A DNA stretch of 64,000 nt from Spirochaetia bacterium (GTDB lineage: Bacteria > Spirochaetota > Spirochaetia > CAKZLE01), in the NCBI GenBank assembly GCA_963677595.1, contig OY782041.1, forward strand, positions 3,808,001-3,872,000, read 5' to 3'. The notes beneath the pieces were generated by a model. That model did no database searches. It was not told the origin of the DNA and was given only the letters and a program-made list of their open reading frames with translations. Shown here in pieces: positions 55,994 to 64,000 of the stretch. Both the position numbers and the translations under genes were made by a program. How positions within the stretch are numbered: the first letter of the stretch is position 1; every line of letters starts with the position of its first letter.

Positions 55994-58807
55994 TCAGAGC
56001 TTCTTTGCTACCTCGATGATCTCGACTACCTCGAGGATGTCATCGATCCTGATATCCTGGTAGTTCTCTATCCCGATACCGCATTCGAATCCAGCAAGTA
56101 CTTCCTTGGCGTCGTCCTTGAATCGCTTCAGTGAGGTGACCTTCCCGGTGTAGACCTTGATGCCTTCACGGATGATGTGGGCTGTGGCATTCCTCTTGAC
56201 CTTTCCATCGAGGACATAACATCCAGCGATAACGCCGATCTTCGGCACCTTGAAGGTGTCGCGGACCTCGACCCGTCCGATGACCTCTTCCTTGAGGTCG
56301 GGTGAGAGCATGCCTTCCATCGCCAGCTTGATATCATCGACCACATCATAGATGATGTTGTACTTCCTGATATCGATCTTCTCACGGTCAGCGAGCAGCT
56401 GTGCCTTGGGAGTCGGCCGTACGTTGAACCCGATTACGATCGCATTCGATGCGACTGCGAGGTTGATGTCATTCTCGATGATGGCACCGGCAGAAGCATG
56501 GATCACGTGCAGTCGGACCTCACTGGTGGAGAGTTTCTCGAGTGAGCTCTGGAGAGCTTCCACGGAACCGTGTACATCACCCTTGATGACTACTTTCAGC
56601 TCCTGGACCTCTCCATCCTGGATGGAGTCGAAGAGGTTGTCGAGCGTGACCTTCTTGAGGTTCTGTGCCTCGCCTACCCGCTCGAGCTCCTGTCGTTTCG
56701 CACCGACCTGGCGTGCCTGTCGTTCGTTCTGGGTCCCCTGGAACGGCGACCCCGCACTTGGGATGCCGGTGAACCCGAGGATCTCCACAGGAGTCGCCGG
56801 AGTGGCTTCATCGATCTTATTCCCATGGTCGTCGAACATAGCACGAACCTTACCCGGGTAGATGCCTGCAACGAATGGGTCACCGACTCGCAGGGTACCG
56901 CGCTGGATGATGACCGTGGATACGATACCTCGGCCGTGGTCGACCTTGGACTCGATGACCTTCCCCTCTGCCCGGCAGTCATAGACCGCTTCGAGCTCGA
57001 GCATCTCAGCCTGCAGCAGGATGCTCTCGACCAGTTCGTCGATACCTGTACGCTTCAGCGCGGAGATCTCGCAGAAGAGCGTGGATCCGCCCCAGTCCTC
57101 AGGAAGCAGTTCATACTCGGAGAGCTGCTGCTTCACACGGTCTATATTAGCCTCAGGCAAGTCGATCTTGTTGACAGCGACGATGATAGGCACACCGGCT
57201 TCCTTGGCATGGTTGATCGCCTCGACAGTCTGCGGCATGACGCCGTCATTGGCTGCGACTACCAGGACCACGATATCGGTGATCTGGGCACCTCGTGCAC
57301 GCATGAGGGTGAACGCCGAGTGTCCGGGAGTATCGAGGAACACGACGTCCCCATGGTCGGTGGTCACGGTATATGCCCCGATATGCTGCGTGATACCGCC
57401 GAACTCGCCGGCGACCACGTTCGTCTCCCTGATCGCATCAAGGAGTTTCGTCTTACCATGGTCGACGTGACCCATGACGGTAACGATCGGCGGCCTGTCA
57501 CGGAGTTCGGATTCCTCATCCTTCACCGTTTCGATGACCGTCTCGTCATAGAGCGACACGATATTCACCGCGCACTCATACTCCGAAGCGATGATGGTTG
57601 CCGTCTCTGCATCTATCTGCTGGTTGATCGTCACCATCATACCCATCTGCATGAGCTTGCCGATCAGCTCGGAAGCCTTCAGGTTCATCTTCCTGGCAAG
57701 TTCGGAGACGGTGATGACCTCCATGATATCGATCTTCTTGGGAACAGGGTTCGCACGCTTGATCGACTTCTTCTTGATCTGGAAATCCTTCTCGAGGTTC
57801 TTGACTTTCTGGTAGTTCTTCTTCGTCTTAGGCTTGAAGGTCTTCTTCGTGGTCTTCTGCCCATCCTCTATCGGGGTGGGAGAATTGCCGAACTTCCTCG
57901 GGCCGCCGGGTGCTCCGCCCGGTCTCTGCGGTCTCGGGCCCCCAGGTCGGTTCTGGTTGTACCCGCCAGGACGATTCTGGTTATAGCCTCCAGGCCTGTT
58001 CTGGTTGTACCCGCCAGGACGATTCTGGTTATAGCCGCCAGGACGATTCTGGTTATAGCCGCCGGACCTGTTCTGATTGTACCCCCCAGACCTGTTCTGG
58101 TTGTATCCACCTGAACGGTCCTGGTTATAGCCACCAGACCTGTTCTGGTTGTATCCGCCTGAACGGTCCTGGTTATACCCGCCGGACCTGTTCTGGTTGT
58201 ACCCGCCTGAACGGTCCTGGTTATACCCACCGGACCTGTTCTGGTTGTACCCGCCTGAGCGGTCCTGGTTATAGCCGCCGGTCCTGCTCCCGGGTGCACG
58301 GTCCTCAGGCTTCCGCAGGTTCCCTGCGGTACGGGGACGGTAGCCGCCGGAACGGTCCTGGTTATAGCTACCGGGCCTGTTCTGGTTGTACCCACCGGTA
58401 CGCTCGCGGTTGTATCCGCCTGAACGGTCCTGGTTATACCCACTGGTCCTCTCGCGGTTGTTGTTGTATGGTCTTCTCTGGTCGTCACTGCCCTGCTGTT
58501 CACGACGTGGTTCAGTCCGCCGCTCCTGGGCAGGCTTCTCCTGGCGTGGTGCAGGTGCCGGCGTCTCGCGCTCGACAGGCTGGCGGGATTCCGTCCGTGT
58601 CTTCTCTTCCGAGGGTTTCTCCTCGGTGTGGGTGGAAGCCCTCTTGACGACGACCTTCTTCTTCTTGACTACGACGACCTTCTTCTTGTCATGTCCCTGA
58701 TTCTGAATTAGTGATTCTTCAGCTGCAGGTTTCCTGGAGCTCTCTGAGCCCTTCTTATGCTTGATCAGCGTCGCTTTGGGTTTCTTGTTCGTATTATCTT
58801 CAGCCAT
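55994..58807 (-). CDS. infB: translation initiation factor IF-2
   Basis: [47 protein letters not shown]; start at MAED (58807) or slightly upstream. Confidence 0.99.
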   Translation of the reverse strand: MAEDNTNKKPKATLIKHKKGSESSRKPAAEESLIQNQGHDKKKVVVVKKKKVVVKRASTHTEEKPSEEKTRTESRQPVERETPAPAPRQEKPAQERRTEPRREQQGSDDQRRPYNNNRERTSGYNQDRSGGYNRERTGGYNQNRPGSYNQDRSGGYRPRTAGNLRKPEDRAPGSRTGGYNQDRSGGYNQNRSGGYNQDRSGGYNQNRSGGYNQDRSGGYNQNRSGGYNQDRSGGYNQNRSGGYNQNRSGGYNQNRPGGYNQNRPGGYNQNRPGGYNQNRPGGYNQNRPGGPRPQRPGGAPGGPRKFGNSPTPIEDGQKTTKKTFKPKTKKNYQKVKNLEKDFQIKKKSIKRANPVPKKIDIMEVITVSELARKMNLKASELIGKLMQMGMMVTINQQIDAETATIIASEYECAVNIVSLYDETVIETVKDEESELRDRPPIVTVMGHVDHGKTKLLDAIRETNVVAGEFGGITQHIGAYTVTTDHGDVVFLDTPGHSAFTLMRARGAQITDIVVLVVAANDGVMPQTVEAINHAKEAGVPIIVAVNKIDLPEANIDRVKQQLSEYELLPEDWGGSTLFCEISALKRTGIDELVESILLQAEMLELEAVYDCRAEGKVIESKVDHGRGIVSTVIIQRGTLRVGDPFVAGIYPGKVRAMFDDHGNKIDEATPATPVEILGFTGIPSAGSPFQGTQNERQARQVGAKRQELERVGEAQNLKKVTLDNLFDSIQDGEVQELKVVIKGDVHGSVEALQSSLEKLSTSEVRLHVIHASAGAIIENDINLAVASNAIVIGFNVRPTPKAQLLADREKIDIRKYNIIYDVVDDIKLAMEGMLSPDLKEEVIGRVEVRDTFKVPKIGVIAGCYVLDGKVKRNATAHIIREGIKVYTGKVTSLKRFKDDAKEVLAGFECGIGIENYQDIRIDDILEVVEIIEVAKKL
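57947..58282 (-). repeat. 14 x 24-nt tandem repeat encoding [T/S/P]GGYNQ[D/N]R in the IF2 N-terminus
   Basis: Counted from the translation; about five more degenerate copies at ~58340-58445. Confidence 0.95.
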
Positions 58808-58819
58808 ATTATTGTCCAA

Positions 58820-60256
58820 TTATTCTCCTTCAGTTACCTCTTCAACCTCAAAACTCAACCCGACGCCGCAATTAGGACATGTCTCCATGTCTGAAGTGAT
58901 CTCATGACCACATTCCGGGCATTCGAACGTCTCAACATACTCTTCGTCTTGAGCCTCTTCCTCGACGATATCAACATATTCATTGAGGATGGAGTTGATC
59001 GATTCAAGATCTTCCTCGGTGATCCCGGGGATGCTGAGCAGCTCCTCCTCACTCATGTTGATGTAATCTTCTATCAGCACTATATTATTCTGATCCAGGA
59101 AGGATATCAACCGGTCCTCAAGCCCTGGGAGCTCAGCGATGTTGGTAATCTCACCATCTTCCGAGTCATCAGTGAAGAGGGCCTCGAGTTCCCGTTTCGA
59201 TTCGAGCGCGATATCCATCTCGCTGAATTGCTCTTCAGTCTTCACGTCGATATTCCAGTCAACAAGCCTGTTCGCCAGCCGTACATTGAGGCCCTGCTTC
59301 CCGATCGCGAGGGAGAGCTGGCTCTCATCGACGACGGCAAGGGCGTTCCTCTTGGCCTCATCAAGGATATAAACACTCTTCACGTCTGCCGGGGAGAGTG
59401 CGTTCTTGATATACTCGATGGGGTTCGGCTCATACCGCAGGACATCGATCTTCTCACCTTCGAGTTCACGGACGATAGTCTGGATCCTGACACCCTTGAG
59501 GCCGACACAGGCTCCTACCGGGTCAATATCATCCCGGTTGGTATATACCGCGAGCTTGGTCCGATACCCGGGTTCCCTGACCATCTTCTGGATGCTGATG
59601 GTCTTGTCGTAGATCTCAGGCACCTCGATCTCGAAGAGTTTCGCGACGAAATCGGTATGGGTACGGGAAAGCAGGATCTTCAGTCCCGAGGCTGCCTTCT
59701 CGACACTGTACACGAGACACTTGATCCGGTCGTTGAGCCGGTAGATCTCCCTCGGTGACTGGTATCGCTTGGGGAGGATCCCCTCGGTCTTGCCGAGATC
59801 GATGAAGATGTCCCCGGTCTTCTCTCGTTGGTAATACCCGATGATCATCTCGCCCTCTTTTCCCTTGAACTCTGAATAGAGGGTATCCTTCTGGATGTCA
59901 CGCAAGGTCTGCTTTGCCTTCTGCTTGGCAGTCTGCACAGCGATGCGGTCGAAACTCTTGGGGTCGATATCGATCAGCAGTTCATCACCGATCTCACAGT
60001 CATCATCGAAGTTCAGGGAGTCCTCGAGGGAGATCTCAAGGACATCATCCTCGACCTCCTCGACGATGATCTTCTTCGCGAAGAGGGAGACATCCTCACC
60101 ATCCTCGCTGAACATGACCACAGCGTTCTCGACGGTGCCGAACTTCCTTTTATATGCTGCAAGCAGGAAATCCTCGATAGTACGCTGTATGAGCTCCTCG
60201 GAGATCCCGCGATCATTTACCAGGCTGCGAATAGCATCCTTCAAACCTGTAGCCAT
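58820..60256 (-). CDS. nusA: transcription termination/antitermination factor NusA with C-terminal zinc ribbon
   Basis: RIAVQTAKQ, LSRTH, EVPEIYD, REPGYRTK, DPVGACVG, SLAIGKQGLNVRLA; terminal CPECG...CPNCG. Confidence 0.98.
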   Translation of the reverse strand: MATGLKDAIRSLVNDRGISEELIQRTIEDFLLAAYKRKFGTVENAVVMFSEDGEDVSLFAKKIIVEEVEDDVLEISLEDSLNFDDDCEIGDELLIDIDPKSFDRIAVQTAKQKAKQTLRDIQKDTLYSEFKGKEGEMIIGYYQREKTGDIFIDLGKTEGILPKRYQSPREIYRLNDRIKCLVYSVEKAASGLKILLSRTHTDFVAKLFEIEVPEIYDKTISIQKMVREPGYRTKLAVYTNRDDIDPVGACVGLKGVRIQTIVRELEGEKIDVLRYEPNPIEYIKNALSPADVKSVYILDEAKRNALAVVDESQLSLAIGKQGLNVRLANRLVDWNIDVKTEEQFSEMDIALESKRELEALFTDDSEDGEITNIAELPGLEDRLISFLDQNNIVLIEDYINMSEEELLSIPGITEEDLESINSILNEYVDIVEEEAQDEEYVETFECPECGHEITSDMETCPNCGVGLSFEVEEVTEGE

Positions 60257-60717
60257 TATCTCTTCTCCTTCCAATTATATACGAGTTTAGCTTTCTTCAT
60301 GTCGGCGAACCGTATCTTCGACTGCCCGTCCCCGGATTCTATGACGACACCCTCCTCATCCGAGGAGGCGAGCCGCCCGGAGACCCAGTCGTCGCCTTGG
60401 AGGATATTCACATCCTTACCGATGAAGGCCGGGAACTCGCTGATATCCTTGATGTTCCGCTGTATGCCCGGAGTGGATACCTCCAGGTAGACATCACGAG
60501 AGGACCGCAGGAGCTCGAGTCTCGGGAAGACCAGCTTATGGGCTGCCGTGCAGTCGTCTATCGTCGTATTATGCTCTGCAGACTGGATGACGATACGTAC
60601 GGTGCACCTGCCATCCTTCTCGAACTCAGAGAGCTCGATCACTGAGATGCCGGTGCCCGCGAGAATCGGTGCGATCTGCGTGTAAAGTTCCTTGTCCCGT
60701 AATTCGTTTCTAATCAT
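60256..60717 (-). CDS. rimP: ribosome maturation factor RimP
   Basis: TIDDCT, YLEVSTPGIQR, FIGKDV; first gene of the rimP-nusA-infB operon. Confidence 0.93.
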   Translation of the reverse strand: MIRNELRDKELYTQIAPILAGTGISVIELSEFEKDGRCTVRIVIQSAEHNTTIDDCTAAHKLVFPRLELLRSSRDVYLEVSTPGIQRNIKDISEFPAFIGKDVNILQGDDWVSGRLASSDEEGVVIESGDGQSKIRFADMKKAKLVYNWKEKR

Positions 60718-60725
60718 AATCCCAT

Positions 60726-60753
60726 AAAAAAGGAGCCGAACAAGTGCGACTCC
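60726..60753 (-). promoter_or_regulatory. rimP leader terminator-like hairpin
   Basis: Minus strand GGAGTCG-CACTTGTT-CGGCTCC-TTTTTT, ending 8 nt before the rimP ATG. Confidence 0.7.
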
Positions 60754-60783
60754 AGAAAAATTGTAACGTTTATCTGTATCATC

Positions 60784-60812
60784 TTTATATCAGTTAGGAC
60801 GATAATAGTCAA
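60784..60812 (-). promoter_or_regulatory. sigma70 promoter of the rimP-nusA-infB operon
   Basis: Minus strand TTGACT, 17 nt, TATAAA; the -35 overlaps the comF stop. Confidence 0.7.
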
Positions 60813-61495
60813 TCCATGACGATTGACATCCCTGATATTTGCAGATCATCCCGCATGCCGAACAGCGAGCTCACGGCCCTGATCGTTGCCCCGGTCGTGA
60901 CCACATCATCGAGGATGACGACCTCCCGCGTACCGGCTGGGAGGGCCCATCCGTCCTTCAGGACATACGACCGCTGTGCATTCCCCTGCCTGAGTCCTTT
61001 GGGCAGCTCCTTCTGTACCTGGGAGTCATCGAGCCTTCCCACACACTCCTCAACCCGGTACCCCCGCCCACGCAGCCGCTTCGCGATCATGAGCATCTGG
61101 TCCCAGCCCCGCTGGGTAAGCGAACGGGGGCTGCAGGGGACCGGGACCAGGATGAGTCCCTCCCCCTCATGCGAAGAGAGCATGGTCCCGAACAGTTCAG
61201 CGGCGACAGCGGAGAGTTCCCTGATGCCCTTGAACTTGTATAACCTGATGAATTCCCGTGCAAGCCCGCGGTACCAGGTATACGACTCCATGTGGATCGT
61301 ATGCCCTCCAGAGCGGCAGGACGGGCAGCTCGTCATGCCTTCGAGCAGCGGGAAACCGCAGTCAGGGCATCGTGTTGAGAAGTGATTGCCTGTATAGGAT
61401 GCACGAAGCTCCCCCATACAGCGTGGACAGAGGATGAACGTTGAACCAGCCAGGGGCATCCCGCAGGCCGGGCAGAGTCTGAATAGATATCTCAT
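60809..61495 (-). CDS. ComF-family phosphoribosyltransferase-like protein with double zinc ribbon
   Basis: CPACG..CPRC..CPDCG..CPSC, VPVP, RGWDQ, ILDDVVTTGATI. Confidence 0.9.
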   Translation of the reverse strand: MRYLFRLCPACGMPLAGSTFILCPRCMGELRASYTGNHFSTRCPDCGFPLLEGMTSCPSCRSGGHTIHMESYTWYRGLAREFIRLYKFKGIRELSAVAAELFGTMLSSHEGEGLILVPVPCSPRSLTQRGWDQMLMIAKRLRGRGYRVEECVGRLDDSQVQKELPKGLRQGNAQRSYVLKDGWALPAGTREVVILDDVVTTGATIRAVSSLFGMRDDLQISGMSIVMD

Positions 61496-61521
61496 ACCCT
61501 ATTTAAACAGCGAAACGGTGG

Positions 61522-64000
61522 TTATGCTTCAATACCGTCGATGGAATCCTTGAGTTCGTAGAGAAAAGCTATGGCATCCCGGGGAGTCATCGAATCTAGG
61601 GCAGCCCGTCGAAGCCGTTCCACCACGGCTTTTGCCGCATCCGGGTACTCCTCGACTAATGGCGGTGGATCCATCGCGAAGAGGTCGCCCTGGATGAGAT
61701 CAGCCTCCCGGCTCTGCTGGTGGAGTTTTGCCGTCTTGAGCACGTCAGCGGGGATCCCGGCAAGCTCAGCCACATGGATCCCGTAGGAGGAGCTTGCGAC
61801 TCCCTCCCGCACCTTCTTGAGGAAGACGATCGTACCCCGGTCATCGATGATGTCGAGGAAGAGCTTCTGCAGCATGGGATGGTTGAGTGTGTTCAACTCA
61901 TGGTAATGGGTCGCGAACAGCGTCTTCGCTCTGAGCTTGAGCAGTTTCTGCAGGACCGCATAGGCGATGGAGAGCCCGTCACGGGTACTCGTCCCGCGTC
62001 CGACCTCATCCATGATGACCAGTGAGGACTCGGTCGCCTGCCTGAGGATGAAGGCTGTCTCATTCATCTCCACGAGGAAGGTGGACTCCCCCCTGGCGAG
62101 ATTATCAGAGGCCCCGACACGGCAGAAGACGGCGTCAGTGATCCCGATGACTGCCTGGTCGGCAGGTACATAGGATCCCATATGGGCCATGAGGACGATC
62201 AGGGCGTTCTGCCTGAGGAAGGTCGACTTCCCGGACATGTTCGGGCCGGTGATCAGGGCTGCCCTGCGCGAGGACTGCTCGACAGAGAGGTCGTTGGGTA
62301 TGAATTCGCCGCGTTCCATGATCGACTCCACGATCGGGTGGCGCCCACCCTCGATCTGGAGCACATTGCTGTAAACCAGATCAGGCCGGCTGTACCCATG
62401 CTTCATGGCGGCATAGGCCAGGGACTGGTAGCAGTCAACTTCTGCCGTGATCCCGGCTACCTTCGCGAGGAATACCGAGAGTTCGGTGACACGTTCGATG
62501 ATGCGCCCGTAGAGCCGCATCTCCACCTCCCCGCTGCTGGTCTCTGCCTGGTATATCTGTCGCTCCAGGCTGATGAGCTCATCGGTCGTGTAGCGTTCCC
62601 CCTGCACGAGGGTCTGCTTCCTGAGGAAGGTCTCCGGGACCAGGTGGGTCTGGGCCTTTGACACTTCGAGGAAGTACCCAATGATCTTGTTGCTCTTCAG
62701 CCTGATGTTGGTTATGCCCGTATCACGCTTGATCGAGGCGAGATACTCATCGAGTACCGCCCTGCTGTCCTGCTTGATCGACCGAAGTGCATCGAGTTCT
62801 GCATCATAGCCGTCCCTGATCACGCAGCCCTCTTCAAACGGCCCCTTGATCGAGCTGTCGATCGCCTGCACGATCACCTCTACAGCCTCCTCGAGGCGCC
62901 TGAACTCCTCGTCAGGTATCGAGGAGAAGAAGGTGGTGCGCAAGTGTCCATGCTCCGCAAACAGGGCGAAGAGCGATTCCACGGTCTGGGCAATGGCAAG
63001 CAGGTCCCGGGGCATCGATCGGCCCATGAGGATCCTGGTGGTCAGCCGCCTCAGGTCGAGCATCCGTGAGAACCGTGTCCGGACATCGTTGATAAGGATC
63101 TGGTCGGTATAGAACTGGTGCACCCGTTCCTGCCGTGCACGTATCTGCTCGAGGGACTTGAGCGGGTAGACGATCCAATCACGCAGTCTTCTCGTGCCGG
63201 CTGCGGTCTTCGTATGCTTGAGCACACTGAAGAGGGTGAACTGTGTAGAACCGTCAAGGAGGTTCTTCAGCAGTTCGAGGTTCTTCTGGGCAGACTCATC
63301 GAGAAGCAGGTAGTCATGCTCCTCTATCCTGTACAGCTGCTGTATCTGGGAGAGACTCCCCTTCGCGTTCTGTTTCAGGCACCCAAGGAGCACTCCTGCG
63401 GCCGGGAGGGCTGGATCGTCCTTCCGGATCCCGAACTGCTTGAGTGAGACGGAGTGGAAATGGTCGAGGAATGCTTCATAACTGTCACCAGAGGAGAAGA
63501 ACCAGTCCGGGTACTTGTTCACCAGGACACCAGCCTGGTCTATGATCGCACGGAACTCCTCGTTCTCGAAGTAGCAGGACTCCTGCACCAGCAGTTCCGC
63601 CGGCTGCACCTTCCGAAGCATCCACCGCAGGGCCTCGAACCCCGAACCGCGCGGTGCGGAGGTAAGGGAGAACTCGCCGGTGGAGACATCGGCGAAGGCA
63701 CAGGCAAAGTCCGTATCTGAGATGGAGACTGCGCAGATATGGTTGGGGAGGTCATTATCGAGGAAGTCCTCGTCGATCCTGGTCCCGGGGGTGATGACCC
63801 TCGCGACCTCGCGGCGCACGATCCCCTTCCCCTTCTGCGGGAGCTCCGTCTGCTCACAGACGGCTACCTTCTTCCCCGCATCGATGAGCCGCTTGATATA
63901 GCTCTTCGCCGCATGGTAGGGGATCCCGCACATGGGGTGACCGTTCCGCGATGTGAGCACGAGATTGAGGATGCCTGAGGCCTCTACCGCATCATCGAAG
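61522..64000 (-). CDS. mutS: DNA mismatch repair protein MutS (5' end outside the window)
   Basis: PMCGIPYHA, KVAVCEQ, ITPGT, ITGPNMSGKSTFLRQ, STFLVEM, DEVGRGTS, FATHYHEL; frame stays open to the window edge. Confidence 0.98.
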   Translation of the reverse strand, partial: FDDAVEASGILNLVLTSRNGHPMCGIPYHAAKSYIKRLIDAGKKVAVCEQTELPQKGKGIVRREVARVITPGTRIDEDFLDNDLPNHICAVSISDTDFACAFADVSTGEFSLTSAPRGSGFEALRWMLRKVQPAELLVQESCYFENEEFRAIIDQAGVLVNKYPDWFFSSGDSYEAFLDHFHSVSLKQFGIRKDDPALPAAGVLLGCLKQNAKGSLSQIQQLYRIEEHDYLLLDESAQKNLELLKNLLDGSTQFTLFSVLKHTKTAAGTRRLRDWIVYPLKSLEQIRARQERVHQFYTDQILINDVRTRFSRMLDLRRLTTRILMGRSMPRDLLAIAQTVESLFALFAEHGHLRTTFFSSIPDEEFRRLEEAVEVIVQAIDSSIKGPFEEGCVIRDGYDAELDALRSIKQDSRAVLDEYLASIKRDTGITNIRLKSNKIIGYFLEVSKAQTHLVPETFLRKQTLVQGERYTTDELISLERQIYQAETSSGEVEMRLYGRIIERVTELSVFLAKVAGITAEVDCYQSLAYAAMKHGYSRPDLVYSNVLQIEGGRHPIVESIMERGEFIPNDLSVEQSSRRAALITGPNMSGKSTFLRQNALIVLMAHMGSYVPADQAVIGITDAVFCRVGASDNLARGESTFLVEMNETAFILRQATESSLVIMDEVGRGTSTRDGLSIAYAVLQKLLKLRAKTLFATHYHELNTLNHPMLQKLFLDIIDDRGTIVFLKKVREGVASSSYGIHVAELAGIPADVLKTAKLHQQSREADLIQGDLFAMDPPPLVEEYPDAAKAVVERLRRAALDSMTPRDAIAFLYELKDSIDGIEA

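Noticed and set aside
56570-58114. 514-aa ORF antisense to infB (likewise long antisense ORFs over rpoD, pnp, nusA, greA, ruvB)
   Set aside because: In-register shadow ORFs caused by strong codon bias (ATC/GAG/CTC); no motifs or RBS
57947-58282. Possible CRISPR array
   Set aside because: Contiguous in-frame coding repeats with no unique spacers and no cas genes
57868-58647. Repetitive alternative-frame ORFs (TRTGPAGIT..., [12 protein letters not shown]...)
   Set aside because: By-products of the 24-nt IF2 repeat; synonymous variation preserves only the IF2 frame

Overview
Core-genome window of a bacterium that looks like a member of the Spirochaetia. This assignment is an inference from gene order (prfB-hyp-ftsY-hyp-lolCDE; pnp-dut-lptFG-tgt-murJ), the ~890-aa GreA fusion and the zinc-ribbon NusA. 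It carries about 57 CDS: ruvB-queA, tmk, a complete rnfCDGEAB cluster followed by a degenerate GH57-like gene, prfB with an intact +1 programmed frameshift, ftsY, lolCDE-type ABC genes, rnz, dnaG-rpoD, a fused B12/radical SAM gene, the recA-scpAB-rluB-cmk-rpsA run, greA, murJ-tgt-lptFG-dut-pnp-rpsO-ribF-truB-rbfA-infB-nusA-rimP, comF and a 5'-truncated mutS. RNA genes are tRNA-Thr(UGU), tRNA-Tyr(GUA) and RNase P RNA. I found no mobile element, prophage, CRISPR array or defence island, and I cannot demonstrate a new multi-gene system from sequence alone. The best leads are: (1) a prion-like GGYNQ(D/N)R 8-mer repeat array in the IF2 N-terminus; (2) a probably catalytically altered GH57 protein coupled to rnf; (3) two uncharacterised exported proteins coupled to ftsY/lolCDE; (4) an orphan two-gene unit encoding a membrane-anchored degenerate GGDEF-like protein; (5) Fur-like and Rex/CRP-like boxes upstream of rnf; (6) a long greA leader with mutually exclusive stems; (7) a RibF lacking its kinase motifs.
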